From positions 2,108,001 through 2,172,000 of the forward strand of contig CM074820.1 of NCBI GenBank assembly GCA_037447605.1: a stretch of 64,000 bases of DNA, given 5' to 3'. The notes beneath the pieces were generated by a model. It made no database searches, was not told the origin of the DNA, and saw only the letters and a program-made list of their open reading frames with translations. Source of the DNA: Zygnema circumcarinatum SAG 698-1b. Its lineage: Eukaryota > Plantae > Zygnematophyceae. The translations under genes were made by a program, and so were the position numbers. Shown piece by piece: positions 1 to 12,599 of the stretch (the first letter of the stretch is position 1; the number at the start of each line of letters is the position of its first letter).

Positions 1-2163
1 ATGGCGCCGCTGCGGCCGACGAGGCGGCTGCTGCTGCCGCTGCTGCTGCTCGCGCTGCAGCCCTGGTTTCTTCTGGCGGAAGAAGGTAGAGATGGCGGGG
101 GCCTGCAGAACATGGAGACGGCCCGGGCGGACACGCTTCTGCATGTGCGCCTCTCTCGCTCCTGCTCGCGCCTCGCGCTTTTCCCACTTCTCTTTTTCAT
201 TCTCGCGGGGCAGCTCTGTGAAGGGATCTTGCTCATTTGGGCAGGCAGCTTTGCTTTGCGAGCTCCTTCAGCTGCAATTTAGCTTCCTCCAGCCGTGTAG
301 ATCCAAATTTGTACTGGTTATTCAAGTGGCATAGACTGAGGAACCTGGGCAATGTCCTGCCAGTGAGCTCTATTTTTGAGCTGGGCCAGCCTCTTCCAGA
401 ACCGACTCTTCCCCCACGGCATTGTAATGCAGGCTTGGAGACAAATGTACGGCCTTGATGATGCGAGAACGCCGCCTGCAACAGTCCGGCAGCTGGATGA
501 AGGCGATGTATTTGAAGGAACCCGCGTTCCTTTGGCCCCGCACCTGGAGGCCTGCGCCGCTCTGGCGGAGAAGCACGCGGCGCAGGAGAGGAGGGGGGAG
601 GACGGGTCCCTGCCTGCATGGGCTCAGCCAACACAGTATTATGCAGCGCCACGCACACCCTGGGTACTTTTTTCACCTTCTAATTCAATGTGGAAGTGTC
701 AAACTTTGACATTTCCCGAAAATGTAGTATCCGGAACTGCTAAAATCATGTCGCATATCCTTTGTGTGCTCCTCTGAGAGGAGTTCACAGCAAATTTTCA
801 CCAGATTGTTCGAAGGGCTTCTGACTCGAAAAATGTTCGAGTTTTGGCAGATTCGGGGTGGTGAACAAGACAACCTGCCACTGACTCATGTTGCTCAGAG
901 GGACATCTGGGCACACCAGTTTCCGGCCGATTGTAATTCGCCAAACGTCCGCTTCTTATATGCTGAGTGGATGACAATATACCGCTATGGAGTAGGCGCT
1001 CAGCTGCACCTCGTGACAAGAGCACTTGCGCTGGCCATGCAGCACAACCGGGTTTTGGTCACTACTAGATTCTTTGCCAGAGCGGACCACGATGGCTGTG
1101 AGGGTGCACTCCGTGGTTTTGCCTTTCCGGATGCTTGTTTCGTCATTGATGCCATGCATTTCGGGCAGTAGTGTCATAGGTGACTGGATTTTTCGATTGG
1201 CCCTCTAAGTGGTTGGATATCCTCTTCACTCCGGCTAACGGATTCTCAACGGAAGTTGCACTGACTTCTGCTTTCGCTTCCCACAGGAGAGCACAAGGGT
1301 TCTTTTGACTGCTACTTCTTCCCCATGGTAGCCCCGGAGTGCAGAAGGAGGGCGGATGCCATTCTTGAGGAGGAAAGGAGAAAGGAGTCGTTCTGCACAC
1401 GCCACTTGGGCTGGGAGGAGAGTGAATGGCCGACGTGGGAGCAAGTGGAGACATGTCTCCGGGATGATGCTGTGCCAGTGGTCTATATGGGTGACTGGCA
1501 GAGGGTTATGCAGCTCTCGACAGAGGGGCCGTTGAGACGGTAAATGCCCCCTACCATGCATTCTCTAGCCCTGGAGTAGGAATGGATCACGCCCTTCAGC
1601 TTACACAAACTTTAAAAATGTGAAAGTGCAGTGTGTTTCTCAAGGTTCCAGTATTCCAAGTTGATGTAGACTTGAAGAAGCCATTCCCACATCGCATTCC
1701 CACATCGCGCAGCTACTGCGGTATAGTAGATACAGGCAAACCCTGAGTTTTATCATCCACAAACGCTGCAGGGAATGGGGCACGCCATGGCTTGAGGGGC
1801 CGACATCTGTGGAGTATTTAGGAAAGCTGGAAGAAGCTTCAGAAGCCAGCTTAGAGGTGGGTTGCCCCCCCACATTTGCATCCTGAAGGAGAGAAACCTC
1901 ATTCAAGCAGAATTGACCAGAGAAATAACGATGTCACAAGTGGGAAAAATGCACTTAACTGGCCTCCTGCGGCCGGATACTATGTTGTGCTGTGAATGAG
2001 GAATTAAACCAAAGTTTGTTCGCAGGCGTTTAGTTGCTTTCAAGCTCTTGCATTATCACCCTCACGGCCTGTCAACTGAGCCCCTGCCTCTCTCTGCCGA
2101 CCAAATGGAGTCTCTCTCACGGTGTGCCTGCTGAGCCCGCGCCTCTCTCTCTTTTTTTCTCTC

Positions 2164-2209
<46 letters not shown>

Positions 2210-3350
2210 GACCAAATGGTGGCGTGCGCAGTCTATCCGTTTCATTCTGCGGAGGCCCACCGCACATCTCTGCCATCAGGTCAACCGGGCACGCAACGAC
2301 GCCTACGGCCGCCACGTGGCCCTCCGTGTGATGTCCTCCCTGAAAGCGCAGCAGGCGGCGTTGCGGCAATCCAAGGAGCAGAGCGAGGGGGAGTACAACA
2401 CACTCGCAGGGGTAGATTTCTCAAAGAGCGAGCTCAATGAGGGGTTGTGGGACGACATGGAGCCGTACATCATCCGCCCTATATTGAGCGTGCACGTGCG
2501 GCAAGGGGACAAGGCCAGAGAAATGAAACTCTTCTCCTTTGCAGCGTTCATGTGGTTGGCCGAACGATTGCGCCGGCAAGTTCCTGATTTGCGCCATGTG
2601 TGGCTCAGCACAGAGGCGGAGGTGAGTTGCAGACGCAATCACAACCACCCAAAAACCCAAACCCTAAAAACCCTAAAAAGCTGGTTCGAGCTCGTCAGAA
2701 TATACTAGTTGGTGCTTGCCCCACGTAGGAGGACAGTGGGAAGACATTCATTGCAGAATGTCGCCAGGAAGAGGCGGCTTTTCTCTGTTATGGTAGAATA
2801 GTTACAGGTCTGAGACTCGATTGCGACATCACCCTCTGCCTACCCATCCAGGGCCACTGAAAGTCACCCAAGTGCATATATACATATGGGTCCGACACGT
2901 TCCTCAGACCTCTAGACACCATCACAAGTATTGTCATAGAGAGGTGGTGTCGGTATTGTCATAGAGAGACGGTGTCGAATAATTAGGCCACGTGGCTTCT
3001 GTTGATAAATGCAGTTGCCGTGTTCTGAGATTACTTTTGTGTTTCCTCTCTCTTTTTGGGTCAATGGGTTTCAGGCGGTTGTTGAAGACTCGAAGCTGTT
3101 CAGAGACTGGTCATTTATGTACACTCAAAACCCTCGCCAGCCTCCTCTTCAGAACAACATAGAGTACGAAAAACAACAGGGAGCCGGAGTGGTGATGGAG
3201 TTCAGTCTGGTCAACCTCCTCATTTCAGCGCAATGCGACTACTTTGTTGGCACTCTCGGCTCCAATTGGAACCGCCTCATCAACGAGCTTCGGCTCACCA
3301 ATGGGCGACTGCGAGCCGCCTACCTCGCCCTCACCTCCCACGAAGAGTAG
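1..3350 (+). CDS. Alpha-1,6-fucosyltransferase-like protein (GT23/FUT8 fold), multi-exon, N-terminal signal anchor
   Basis: Exon translations include MAPLRPTRRLLLPLLLLALQPWFLL (anchor), RYGVGAQLHLVTRALALAMQHNRVLV (cf. FUT8 GYGCQLHH), LSVHVRQGDK (cf. VHVRRTDK), VWLSTE, and NLLISAQCDYFVGTLGSNWNRLINELR, with TAG at 3348-3350. Some internal exon borders are uncertain. Confidence 0.8.
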
Positions 3351-4571
3351 CTCTAAGAAGAGGACCGCACTGCACTGTTGAGTGGGGGCAGGGCTCGCCC
3401 GCTAACTGCCCCTTTCATGCCGAAAGGGGTCTCTCTGCCTTGGGGGGTGTACGGCTGTAAGGTCAGGGCAGTGGGTAGGTTCGGCTCGCTTACGAGGTTA
3501 GGAGTGCCGGCGGCTAACTTTCGTGGTTCCAGGAGGTAAGAACGAGTATAGCTGTGAGGGGCGAGGGCCTGGAGGCGAAGGGCCAACGAGAACATGTGTG
3601 ATGAACGGTTACTGTTTGTAAGGGTGTGGGGGGTTGGCAATATAAACGGAGAAAATGGGTGGACTGTGCAAAGGAATGCTCTGTGAGATGCTCGTGTGGG
3701 AATGTATAAGGCTTTTGGTGCCAGTCGTCGCTAGTGCGTTTCATCACGCCCTCTCTTACTCTTCTGTCCATGGCTCACCCCCTGAGCCTTCCAATGTTCC
3801 TATGCCATGGGGGAAGTGCCGGTGGCTGCCCGAGTGGTGATGGGGCAGGATGTCAACAGTGGGCTGGCAGTATTCACATGCTTTTGGCAACACAATCGTC
3901 ACTGCAGCCCTTGGGCGACACGTTACAGACAAACGCAATTTAAAAATGGAAAAAGGAACAAAAAAAAAAGAGGACGTAACTCAACTGTACATAGGACTTA
4001 AGCATAGACACAACTCTAAACCCGGTAAGACTACCTAAATTTATGTAAAGGAATTTGTCGTTCGAAGAGATGCTCCATGCAGGACCACCGTGCTCCACAT
4101 TGCCCGAAGTGGAGCGCTCTGCAGGTTTCGCGTTTCCATTCGCTGTAAGGCTGCAGACAACACCCTCCCCTTCTCTTTTTCGGAGAGTAGCCAAAACGGC
4201 AACCCTGTGCTGCGAAAGCAAGGAACCCAAAACGCTAAAAAGCTGCGGCTTCATATGTCTCCGCAGTCCCTTCGCAACAAAACTGAACCTCGGGGGTCTG
4301 CCGTCTCCCCTCTCCATGACATTCTCAGCCTCTTCCAGTTTGGTTTCAGTTCTGTTTCCAGTTTGGCCAGACAGCCTCGTCTTCCAGCTTCTATCTCACA
4401 CCGTCAAACGGTTCACAGAATTCCTTCAAGAATTAGTTGCAAGATCAGACCGAGGATCAGCCCTGCTTTATCCCTGCCGGCAGTTTATAAGGCCCTGCAG
4501 CTAATCAGAATGAAGCAACGGCAGCTACTGCCTCGGCTCCATGTGCAGTGTTCAGTTAACCGTTCAACTTC

Positions 4572-6782
4572 TCAGAATTCCACTTCGAAACAGTTCCGTA
4601 CAACGCGCCTTGCTGCGGTTTGTGCAAAAGGGATATAGCTCAAACTATACCTGCAACATCCGCCAGGTACTGATTCCTCGTTAAATGACTGCATTGGCTA
4701 TGTCTTTTGAAGCATCTCCACAACAGATCCTTAGCAACAAAAAGCCCACCTATGAATGTGAAAAAAATTGTCACTGCTCTTTAACGTGGTTGAGATAACA
4801 CCATCATGTAGCTCAAAACAGGAAAAAAAGGAAAGAAGGGAAACTCCATAAGAAGTGACGTTACCAGACAAGAGCTGTAAATTGCACCACGATGCAAACA
4901 ATAGTCAATAGAGGATCCTGCACCTGCAAAGGCCCCATGTCCGAAACCACGAGTAAAACCGAGTCAGGATTCTTGACTATAAATGGCAAGAATGACACCT
5001 TGAGATCATTCCCCCAATAAATGGTGGGACCCACCTTCATTATTGTACAAACAATCCCCAACGTAGAAAGTGGCAAAGGAAAAGCAAGCAGTATAGTGCA
5101 CATCATGGATAATATGAAACCGGCCAAAAGAGAAAAGAAAAAACAATAGAACGAGCAAAACCCAGTGTAAGGGTTTCAAGGGCGCATGCTAATCCTGGTG
5201 TGCTTTACTGATCTCAACCAGAAAGGCTTTATAAAAAGAAAAAAGAAAAAAATAGGTCCCGGAAGCTACAAGACTGTGAATGGCTGAACAAGGAGGTGCA
5301 AGGAGACATCATAGTTGTGGGACAGACCCAAAGGGCGCAAAATAGAGTGAAGAAAATGGCGACGAAGTATATAATTGCCGCCGCACAACGAATGGGCGCA
5401 AACATGAGCTGAAATTGTCGCCAAAACCCGATCAAAAACCCTGTGCTGCTCCATTCCCCAAACCACAAACTTGCAACCATCAACTGAGGTCACCTACCAT
5501 GTTCAGTATTTCATAATTTTCCTAGTTGGGAAGATTCAGGCTGAAGCCTTGCGCTTGAAACTTTCAGACTCATGAATTACTTTGCAGAAGATGCTAAGCT
5601 TTAGGGAAGAGTCAAGAAGAGCTATGTACCTTCCCATAGCCAGAAGATTCCCCAAAGTATACGATATAGCAAACTTGATGGGATTGAAAAAGACCAACAT
5701 TGACTGCACAAGCCACAAAGCGAAGACACTGAGGCAAGTAGCTGCATTGGCCCAGGACAACACACTCTTCTTTAGCTGCACAGCATTATGTACTTTCAAT
5801 GCAAGATCATCTGCTTGAAATGACGGCTGGACACTTCATTTAAAAGAAAGATGAACATTTCAAAAGCAGAACAGAGACCTTGCATTGCGGAGACCATCTC
5901 GTATTACTAGGACGTGTCAATCTTTCAAAAATGTCGTGGAAAAATGCCGTTTTCGAGTGGATATAGGAATCACGATCCGGTGAACCTGAACCAAATCTGG
6001 AATGTTCATTGCTTGGTACGTGGAAAATCGTTGTTTCCACATGGACAGTTTTGCAAGATTGACACGCCCTACGGCAGACTGAGGCCTCTCAATGCTGGAG
6101 GGGGATAAATATCTACTGTTTCACAGCAAGGAGTCACCAGGGATCGGCATATTTAGTTCACTTGAAAGGAGGAGTAGAAGCTTATATGAGAACTAAGGTT
6201 CACATTGCAATTCCCCCAACAGTGGAGCTAAAACTGCATCTTTGCCCCTCTCTGTAGTATTTCGTTCCAAAATAGGGCCTATTCACCAAGCTATCAGTTT
6301 GGTTAAGAGAAGGGACCACTTATGAAAGAACATTTTTTCGAGAGGAAAAAATGGATTGAACATGTGGATAGGGAGAGGAAAACTCACCAACAGGGTGCAG
6401 AAGAGGCCCAATGAAAGACATGCCGCAAATCCGTACAATCTCTGCAGGTATATACAGAAAGAAGCACCCGAACGGCACGCCCCACAAAAAAGGAATAATA
6501 TTAATAATAGATCGAAGTGCGAGAGAGAGAGTGTGAGAGAGAGGGAGAGAGTGAAAGAAAGAGATAGCGGCCGTCCACCTGCTTGTAGGTGAGCGCGCAG
6601 GACTGCGAGAGCTCGTCCATCATGGAGGGCTCCTCGGGCACCGCAGGCTCCTCGTCCACGAGGCCGACCATCTCCCGCGCCTTCCCCACAGCGCCGCCCA
6701 TGGCGCCCTTCGCCTTCACCGCCGCCGCGGCCACTGTCTCCCGGAAGGACTCCATGGATCCCAGGCTCGCCAGGCCGGCCAT
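4572..6782 (-). CDS. SFT2: SFT2/Got1-family vesicle transport protein, multi-exon
   Basis: Spliced exons read MAGLASLGSMESFRET...DELSQSCALTYKQ | RLYGFAACLSLGLFCTLL | SMLVFFNPIKFAISYTLGNLLAMG | STGFLIGFWRQFQLMFAPIR...TLFCALW | VQDPLLTIVCIVVQFTALVW | YSLSYIPFAQTAARRVVRNCFEVEF*. Last exon 4572-4650; first exon 6579-6782. Confidence 0.93.
5910..6069. mobile_element. 160-bp MITE with ~35-bp imperfect TIRs and TA flanks (Tc1/mariner-Stowaway-like), inside an SFT2 intron
   Basis: Left end GGACGTGTCAATCTTTCAAAAATGTCGTGGAAA; reverse complement of right end GGGCGTGTCAATCTTGCAAAACTGTCCATGTGGAAA. TA at 5908-5909 and 6070-6071. Confidence 0.7.
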
Positions 6783-6858
6783 GGCGGGCAAACGCTCCCT
6801 CCCTCCCCCACGGAAGGCGCGGTTTCAAACTCAAGGCTGCTGGTTGCGGTTTGCAAAT

Positions 6859-7079
6859 GGGGGGCGTGGGGGCATGGGGGGGCATGGGGGGGCATGGGGG
6901 GGCATGGAGGGGCATGGGGGGGCATGGGGAGGCATGGGGAAATGGTGGCATGGGGGCCATCGCGGAATGGGAGGGCATGGGGGCATGGCGACATGGTGCC
7001 CGGGGGCATGGCGACATGGTGCCCGGGGGCATGGGGCCATAGGGCCAGCCGGCCAGTTGGGACGCAATGATCACCATGG
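6859..7079. repeat. GGGGCATG-type CATG-rich tandem array upstream of SFT2
   Basis: About seven GGGGGGCATG-like units, then a 23-bp unit GGGGGCATGGCGACATGGTGCCC twice (6979-7024). Confidence 0.9.
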
Positions 7080-7481
7080 ACGCAGTTGCCATGTAGGTTT
7101 TGCTGCATAGCCTTTGGACCAATCTGAATCTTCCACTTCATCCGTATACACAATCGGTGCAAGCGAGGTGAGGAAAGGAATTTTATTGGAGACCAAAGAT
7201 ACATTTACAGTTGTAGAGTTCACCAGCCCAGCCAGTCATACCATTACGACTCACTCAGTTCTAAACCACGCAATTCTCCAAAACAAGGAGTCTAGCTTTT
7301 TATAGATTTGCAAAAGGCAAAAATCTATTTTATATTTTATATAAAAATCAAGCAAAGCTATTTTCTGTCTCTGCAGCCGAAACCGGCGTCCCCCTGGTCC
7401 CGATCTGAGCAGATCGCGGTCCTCGCAGAGACCGAGAGGGACCATAGGCGAGCCGGGCCGCAGTTCGAGGCCGTCTCCTAC

Positions 7482-10400
7482 TCAGATGAGGAGGGGACTT
7501 TTCTTGATCTCCGGAATGAGCCGAGCGAGCCGGTCGTCCCGCACCCACCCTCCGTCCTCCACCGGGGTCCCTTCGGGAAAGTCCGTGTGGGAGAACATTT
7601 GGCGGCAGTTTCTGCCCTCTTCCTTCACGTTCAGTTTCCTGAAGTGGTTGTGCCGTAACTCTGTGTCGGCTCTTAGGTCGACCCCTTCTCCATCCCAAAT
7701 GACGACCATGTGCACTTGCACCATATGCACCTGCATACCATGCCATTCACTTATCAGCCTCCATAAGAACTCGCATGTTTGGCTCACCTTATCGAGTGAA
7801 TGTCTCTCTCTGGCTAGGACTCCCACAGACGTATATCAATGTATTCGCAATAGTATTAGCTTTACGTCAAAATCGTTTCGCCAGTGTTCATTACTGAGTC
7901 TAAAGCCTAACCTAGGCTGTTCATGAACGATATAAGTACGAACCTTTCTTGGGTTCACGATGAGCTTGCGATGGCCCTTCCACTCTATGCAGAGTGCCCG
8001 CGTGTTGGGCGGCTTGGGCTCCTCAAAACAGTACAACTGCGGTCTTCTGAACACCATCTTTTCCAGTGCCAACCCATCTGAGGCTGAGTCCACACACTTT
8101 GTAATGTCCCACCAAAAGGCCCCATGTGTTATCCATGACTTGCTTGCATGCTGCTGAAGAATGCTGCTTACGCTGGCAGGGGGAACAGCCTCCAAGTACT
8201 CGTCTATGTCCAGAAAGTAGACCCACTTTGTGCGCAGCGCCATACTGCCGATGCAGTCATAAAGCATCAGCATCTGCATAAAGCATCCGTTATCAGTAAC
8301 CTTGCAATCTTCAACATTTCAACACCAATCAACTTCTGTTGCCCACAAAAAAAAAAAAACCTCTCTCCTAAAAAGCATGCGTCCCTGCAGCTTGCTGCGA
8401 TGCAGCAGCCATGAACAAGGGCATGGCAGAGGAGACTATATGATGGGATAGTGCTTATGGACTGCGAAGGTAACTACAACAGCACCACTGAGCACTTTGC
8501 CATAGAACTGAGCTAAGCAGGAAGAGCAGGCTGCCGCTCACCTGACCAAAGTAGAAGAAGTCAAAGGACATCATGTTCTCCAATTCCACTATTTCAATCA
8601 AGCCTGTGTCAATATGAGGCTGCAGTAATTGTCTGAGCTCCCCATTCAGAGAATCCACATTGTAGAAAGTAAAATGCTGAGTTTCTGCATATATTCGATG
8701 GTAATTCAACCATTCACGAAATGCAGAAATATCCTGTTCTCCGTGCAGAGGGCCAGAACAAAAGGACAGGTTATACTGAAACTCGTCGGGAGCATCTTGC
8801 AACTGCAAAAAATCAGCAGCCAGAGAAACGTTGATGAGCAATGATGTAGGAAGTGGTGCACTTGACAATATGATGATAACACCAAAGCAGTTCTTGAAGA
8901 ATTCGTTCCGACAGCATACAAGAAGGCTGAAACAGCCATCGCAATTCTTAGTTTCAGCAAAGTGTACCAAAACATAACGGACTCAAATTCAGTTTAGTAA
9001 GAACCAAACTATCATTCCCCAAGTTGACCTCGTATTTACAACAGGCCTGAGAAGCCGTATGTAAAAAGATGTCTACCTGGCCAGGCTCCTCCCTGAACAT
9101 CACTATGTCTTCAGCATCAACTCTGCCGACAAGATATCCACCGTTTGCACCCGTGGCGTTCTCCAATCTACACGTCAGTGTCTCGGCAGTGTACTGTGCA
9201 TCCACAACACATCACAAGCAATCAATAAACTTGAAGTCATTCCCTCTCCTGTGGGCAATATGATAGATGCAGGCTGTCCCTTGACTAGACATATGCCCTC
9301 CTTCGCTTAACCTGGCCACATCTCAATTATCAAGCTGAGTTTAGGCCAACAATCCCCTTGATTGGCGAGGCTTAGGTCTGCAATCCCACTGAGCTCACCC
9401 CTCACGATTTCCATTAATCAGCGTGCACGAGTGGAAAGCAGAAGATCCATACCTGAGCTCCTTCATGGTGATTCTCGTAAAGGGACGAGAGCTTTCCAGA
9501 AATGATGGTGCCATCTGCAGCATGCCAAACGCAAGGCCCCATGGACTGGACGGACATGGTGTGCACGTCTGCCATACCCATGATGGCAATTCGGTCTTTC
9601 CCCATTCGGTAAGCACTGCAGGAAGATGCGGGAACCCCTCCCCTAGCCAGTTAGGCATGACGAATACATGATGAAGACTTTGTCCTTGTATTTTCATTGC
9701 ACAGGAAGCACTCTAAGTCGGTCTTAGACAGTAGGGACGTGTAGCTCCTAGATCGTGTCAAATTTGCTCAATATAGCATTCGTTGTCTGTCCTCTGTGGA
9801 GTCCATTATTACAAATGCGCGTTACCATGTACCCACTATTCGGACACAAACACGTTTCTGAAGCATCCCAAAACTCATCCCCAGCACAATTCTAACTAAA
9901 GTAGCTGTCACTGGAACAACGGAACGAGCTCAGGGTCTCACATGCCTGTATTGCACAAATCCATAGCTCCCGTGTGGCACAAATGAGCGCTGACTCCAGC
10001 TAGCCGGAACTCCAGCACGAATGGGATGAGGCTTCCTTAAATCATACTCCCCCCGAGCAAGACGACTTGTCCAGCTGCACTGGGCTACCCAAGACCACCA
10101 CCATCACGGGACGCACCTATCACTTCCCATTGAAAAAACAGGAAATGTTATTGATCCCTCTATTGAAGTGTATCAAAGGAATCGAGCGACGATAACCCAC
10201 TCAAGTAATTACACAAGAATTCACCTCGTTTAGAAGATGTATGGCTGAAATTTGACATACGTAACCCAACAACAACAACAACAACAACATGTTTGATATG
10301 TGTCCCCTAAAACGCGGACAACGTATAAGCCCAAAAATCCAGCTTTCGCTAATTTTAGCTATTTTTTTCTCAATGTTTTAAAGCTATCGTTTGGGCCGCT

Positions 10401-12011
10401 GTCTCTCTTTGCTTCCCCATCTCTCATCTGCGTTTATCCTCTATAGGGGGCTCTGATCTTACCTCTATGTTATCCTCAAGCTTTTTAAGTCTCGCGCCAC
10501 TTTCATTTTGCCCTTCTTTCAGCTCCTCCAAAGTCTGCATGCGGCAATTAAGCTAAATATCTTAACCATAAAGAGAATACATGAAACAAAGAACTACGCA
10601 TGTAACCAAATGAACAAAATCGACGGCGAAGCATGGCGGTCGACTGGGTTACCCGACCAAAGGCAAAAAAAATCTTTTACCTATGCATATGTTATAAGTT
10701 GAGTAACAGCCATACCATATCTTGACACATTAGAGCCAGAGCGATCCATTTCATCAGCAACGACCCTTAACAAGCTGGCAGCGCCTAACTCTAACAAAAG
10801 CAAACGCTAGCTGACACATGATTCTGACATCTAGTCAGACGAAAGTCAAAAGGAGCTCACAATTTCTCTATGACAATTGCACTTTTTACATGGATGAGTC
10901 AAGTTGTGCACCTTCAACTGCTGCCCTTCAAGCTCCAATATTTTCTCCTTCAACAAGCAAGAGTGTAGAGATCTATTGAAGGCAGAAGACTGAGTTTCAC
11001 ACAAAGTGAGTGTCTTTTTTAATGCCGATAGATCCGCTAGACAGGAGTTGAATAAATCATTTGTAGAAGACGTTTCTTCCCCAAGAGACCCGCCTTTGCT
11101 GCCTTGATATGAGATAAGCTTTAAGCTGAGGACATCCAGTGAGCCATTCAGCCTCTGGACCATCTCTTTTTCCAGGTTCAACGAAATATTGAGAGCAGTC
11201 AGCCGGCTCTGACATGAAGCGAGGCTCAAATTTGAAACAGAGGCCGTGCCTCTATTCTCTTCCACCACCTCCTTTACAGAGCTAGCACGTATGGTCTCTT
11301 CATTTCCACGCCCTTCTGCCTGCAAACCCCATGGCATCAGTCATCATCATCAGCATCATAACATGGTTATCGCTCCTCAGCATTCGGCTCATCCTTCAAC
11401 GAGAGGATTACGCTATGCTATTGCATGTAAGCACTTCAAAGTTAAGAAACTATGCAGTAAGCATGCTGGCGTGGCATAGTACCAGCCACATGACACGCTG
11501 CGGGAAACTGGCGTACACCTGCACCACAAAAGAAAAGAAAAGTTCGTTTTTTGCGCAGTGACTGCAATCAAATGGCTGCAACAGGCTGTGCGTGCATCCG
11601 CAAGGGAAGAGATTTACGCAGTAAGCACAAGTTTACAAGAAAAATCTTACCCCGTAAGTGAGGAGTAGAAGAAACAAAGTTGAGACTGCTGAAACGGTCC
11701 ATGAATGGAAGACCTGCCACATGAAGCAACGCCCGTGTGCTGCAACAACATCAAGACCTTGCAAGGGCATCATGCAACTTCACTAAGCAGCACCAATCCT
11801 TCTTATATATAAAAAAAAAAAGCAGCACAGCCAACAACACTTCCAGTTCCCAGACTCAAAAACGAAAAGCACGACAAAGCAGCCCACTTCTGTTTGTACG
11901 GCATGCTGCAGACAATAAACCAAACCCCTCTCCTCTAATGCCCCATCCTCCCACCTCTCTCTCCCTCACCCCCTGATGACGCCGGTCCTGCTGCTCGTCT
12001 TGCTGGTCCAT
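7482..12011 (-). CDS. GT92 (DUF23) galactan beta-1,4-galactosyltransferase-like protein, type II membrane, multi-exon
   Basis: Exons include YNLSFCSGPLHGEQDISAFREWLNYHRIYAETQHFTFYN, FDFFYFGQ|MLMLYDC...TKWVYFLDIDEYL (DxD motif), GHRKLIVNPRK, and VHMV...LRHNHFR...WVRDDRLARL*. TM-like exon AVSTLFLLLLTYG at ~11651-11690. The start at 12011 (MDQQDEQQDRRHQG) is tentative. Confidence 0.85.
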
Positions 12012-12599
12012 GGCTGCACTCCCTCCCTCCCTCCCACTGCGGCGGGCGCTTGAAAGGGAGGGCGGCGGCCTACCATTTGAATTCCGTCCGGACAGGCCCA
12101 ATTTGAACCGCGGCGGGGCCGGGCCTGTCCTTCAAAGTTTCTTCCCTGTTCTTGTAGAACGGTAGCCAATCATGGAGAGCCACGTGTACATTCACCTGAC
12201 GTCGCTTACTGTGAGTGGACAGTTGAGTCACATAGGAGTGCGCTTAACGTGCTTCGTAATTCATTTTGGAATCTATAATTTACACACCTTTTTAGTTAGA
12301 TGTACACCTTTGTGGTACTATAAAAACCCTGCCCTCCAATTCGTACAGATTCATACGGTGAAAGCCGTACTGGTTGGCTTTTGTAGCGGTTCCATGTGGC
12401 GCGACAACTTGGGGGCTGCCACGTGGAAATCCACGTGGAAAATCACATTGGGCCTTTTTTCACTCTCCTTATGATTTACGTGCGCTCGTTTTGTCTAAAA
12501 AACTTCACGTTTCCGGCGTCATAGTTTCTAACAAGGGAGGCCGACCCTATTCATCGATTGAAAGTTGTAAACTTGCCTACGTCATCCCCTCACCTGCAC

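Noticed and set aside
3353-4560. Several 110-180 aa ORFs between the convergent fucosyltransferase and SFT2 genes
   Set aside because: No recognisable motifs or consistent splice structure; probably 3' UTRs.
6283-7204. Overlapping PPHAPPCPPM / GGMGGHGG ORFs, and GPWAHG ORFs at 30784-31329
   Set aside because: Translations of the CATG-rich arrays, not protein-coding.
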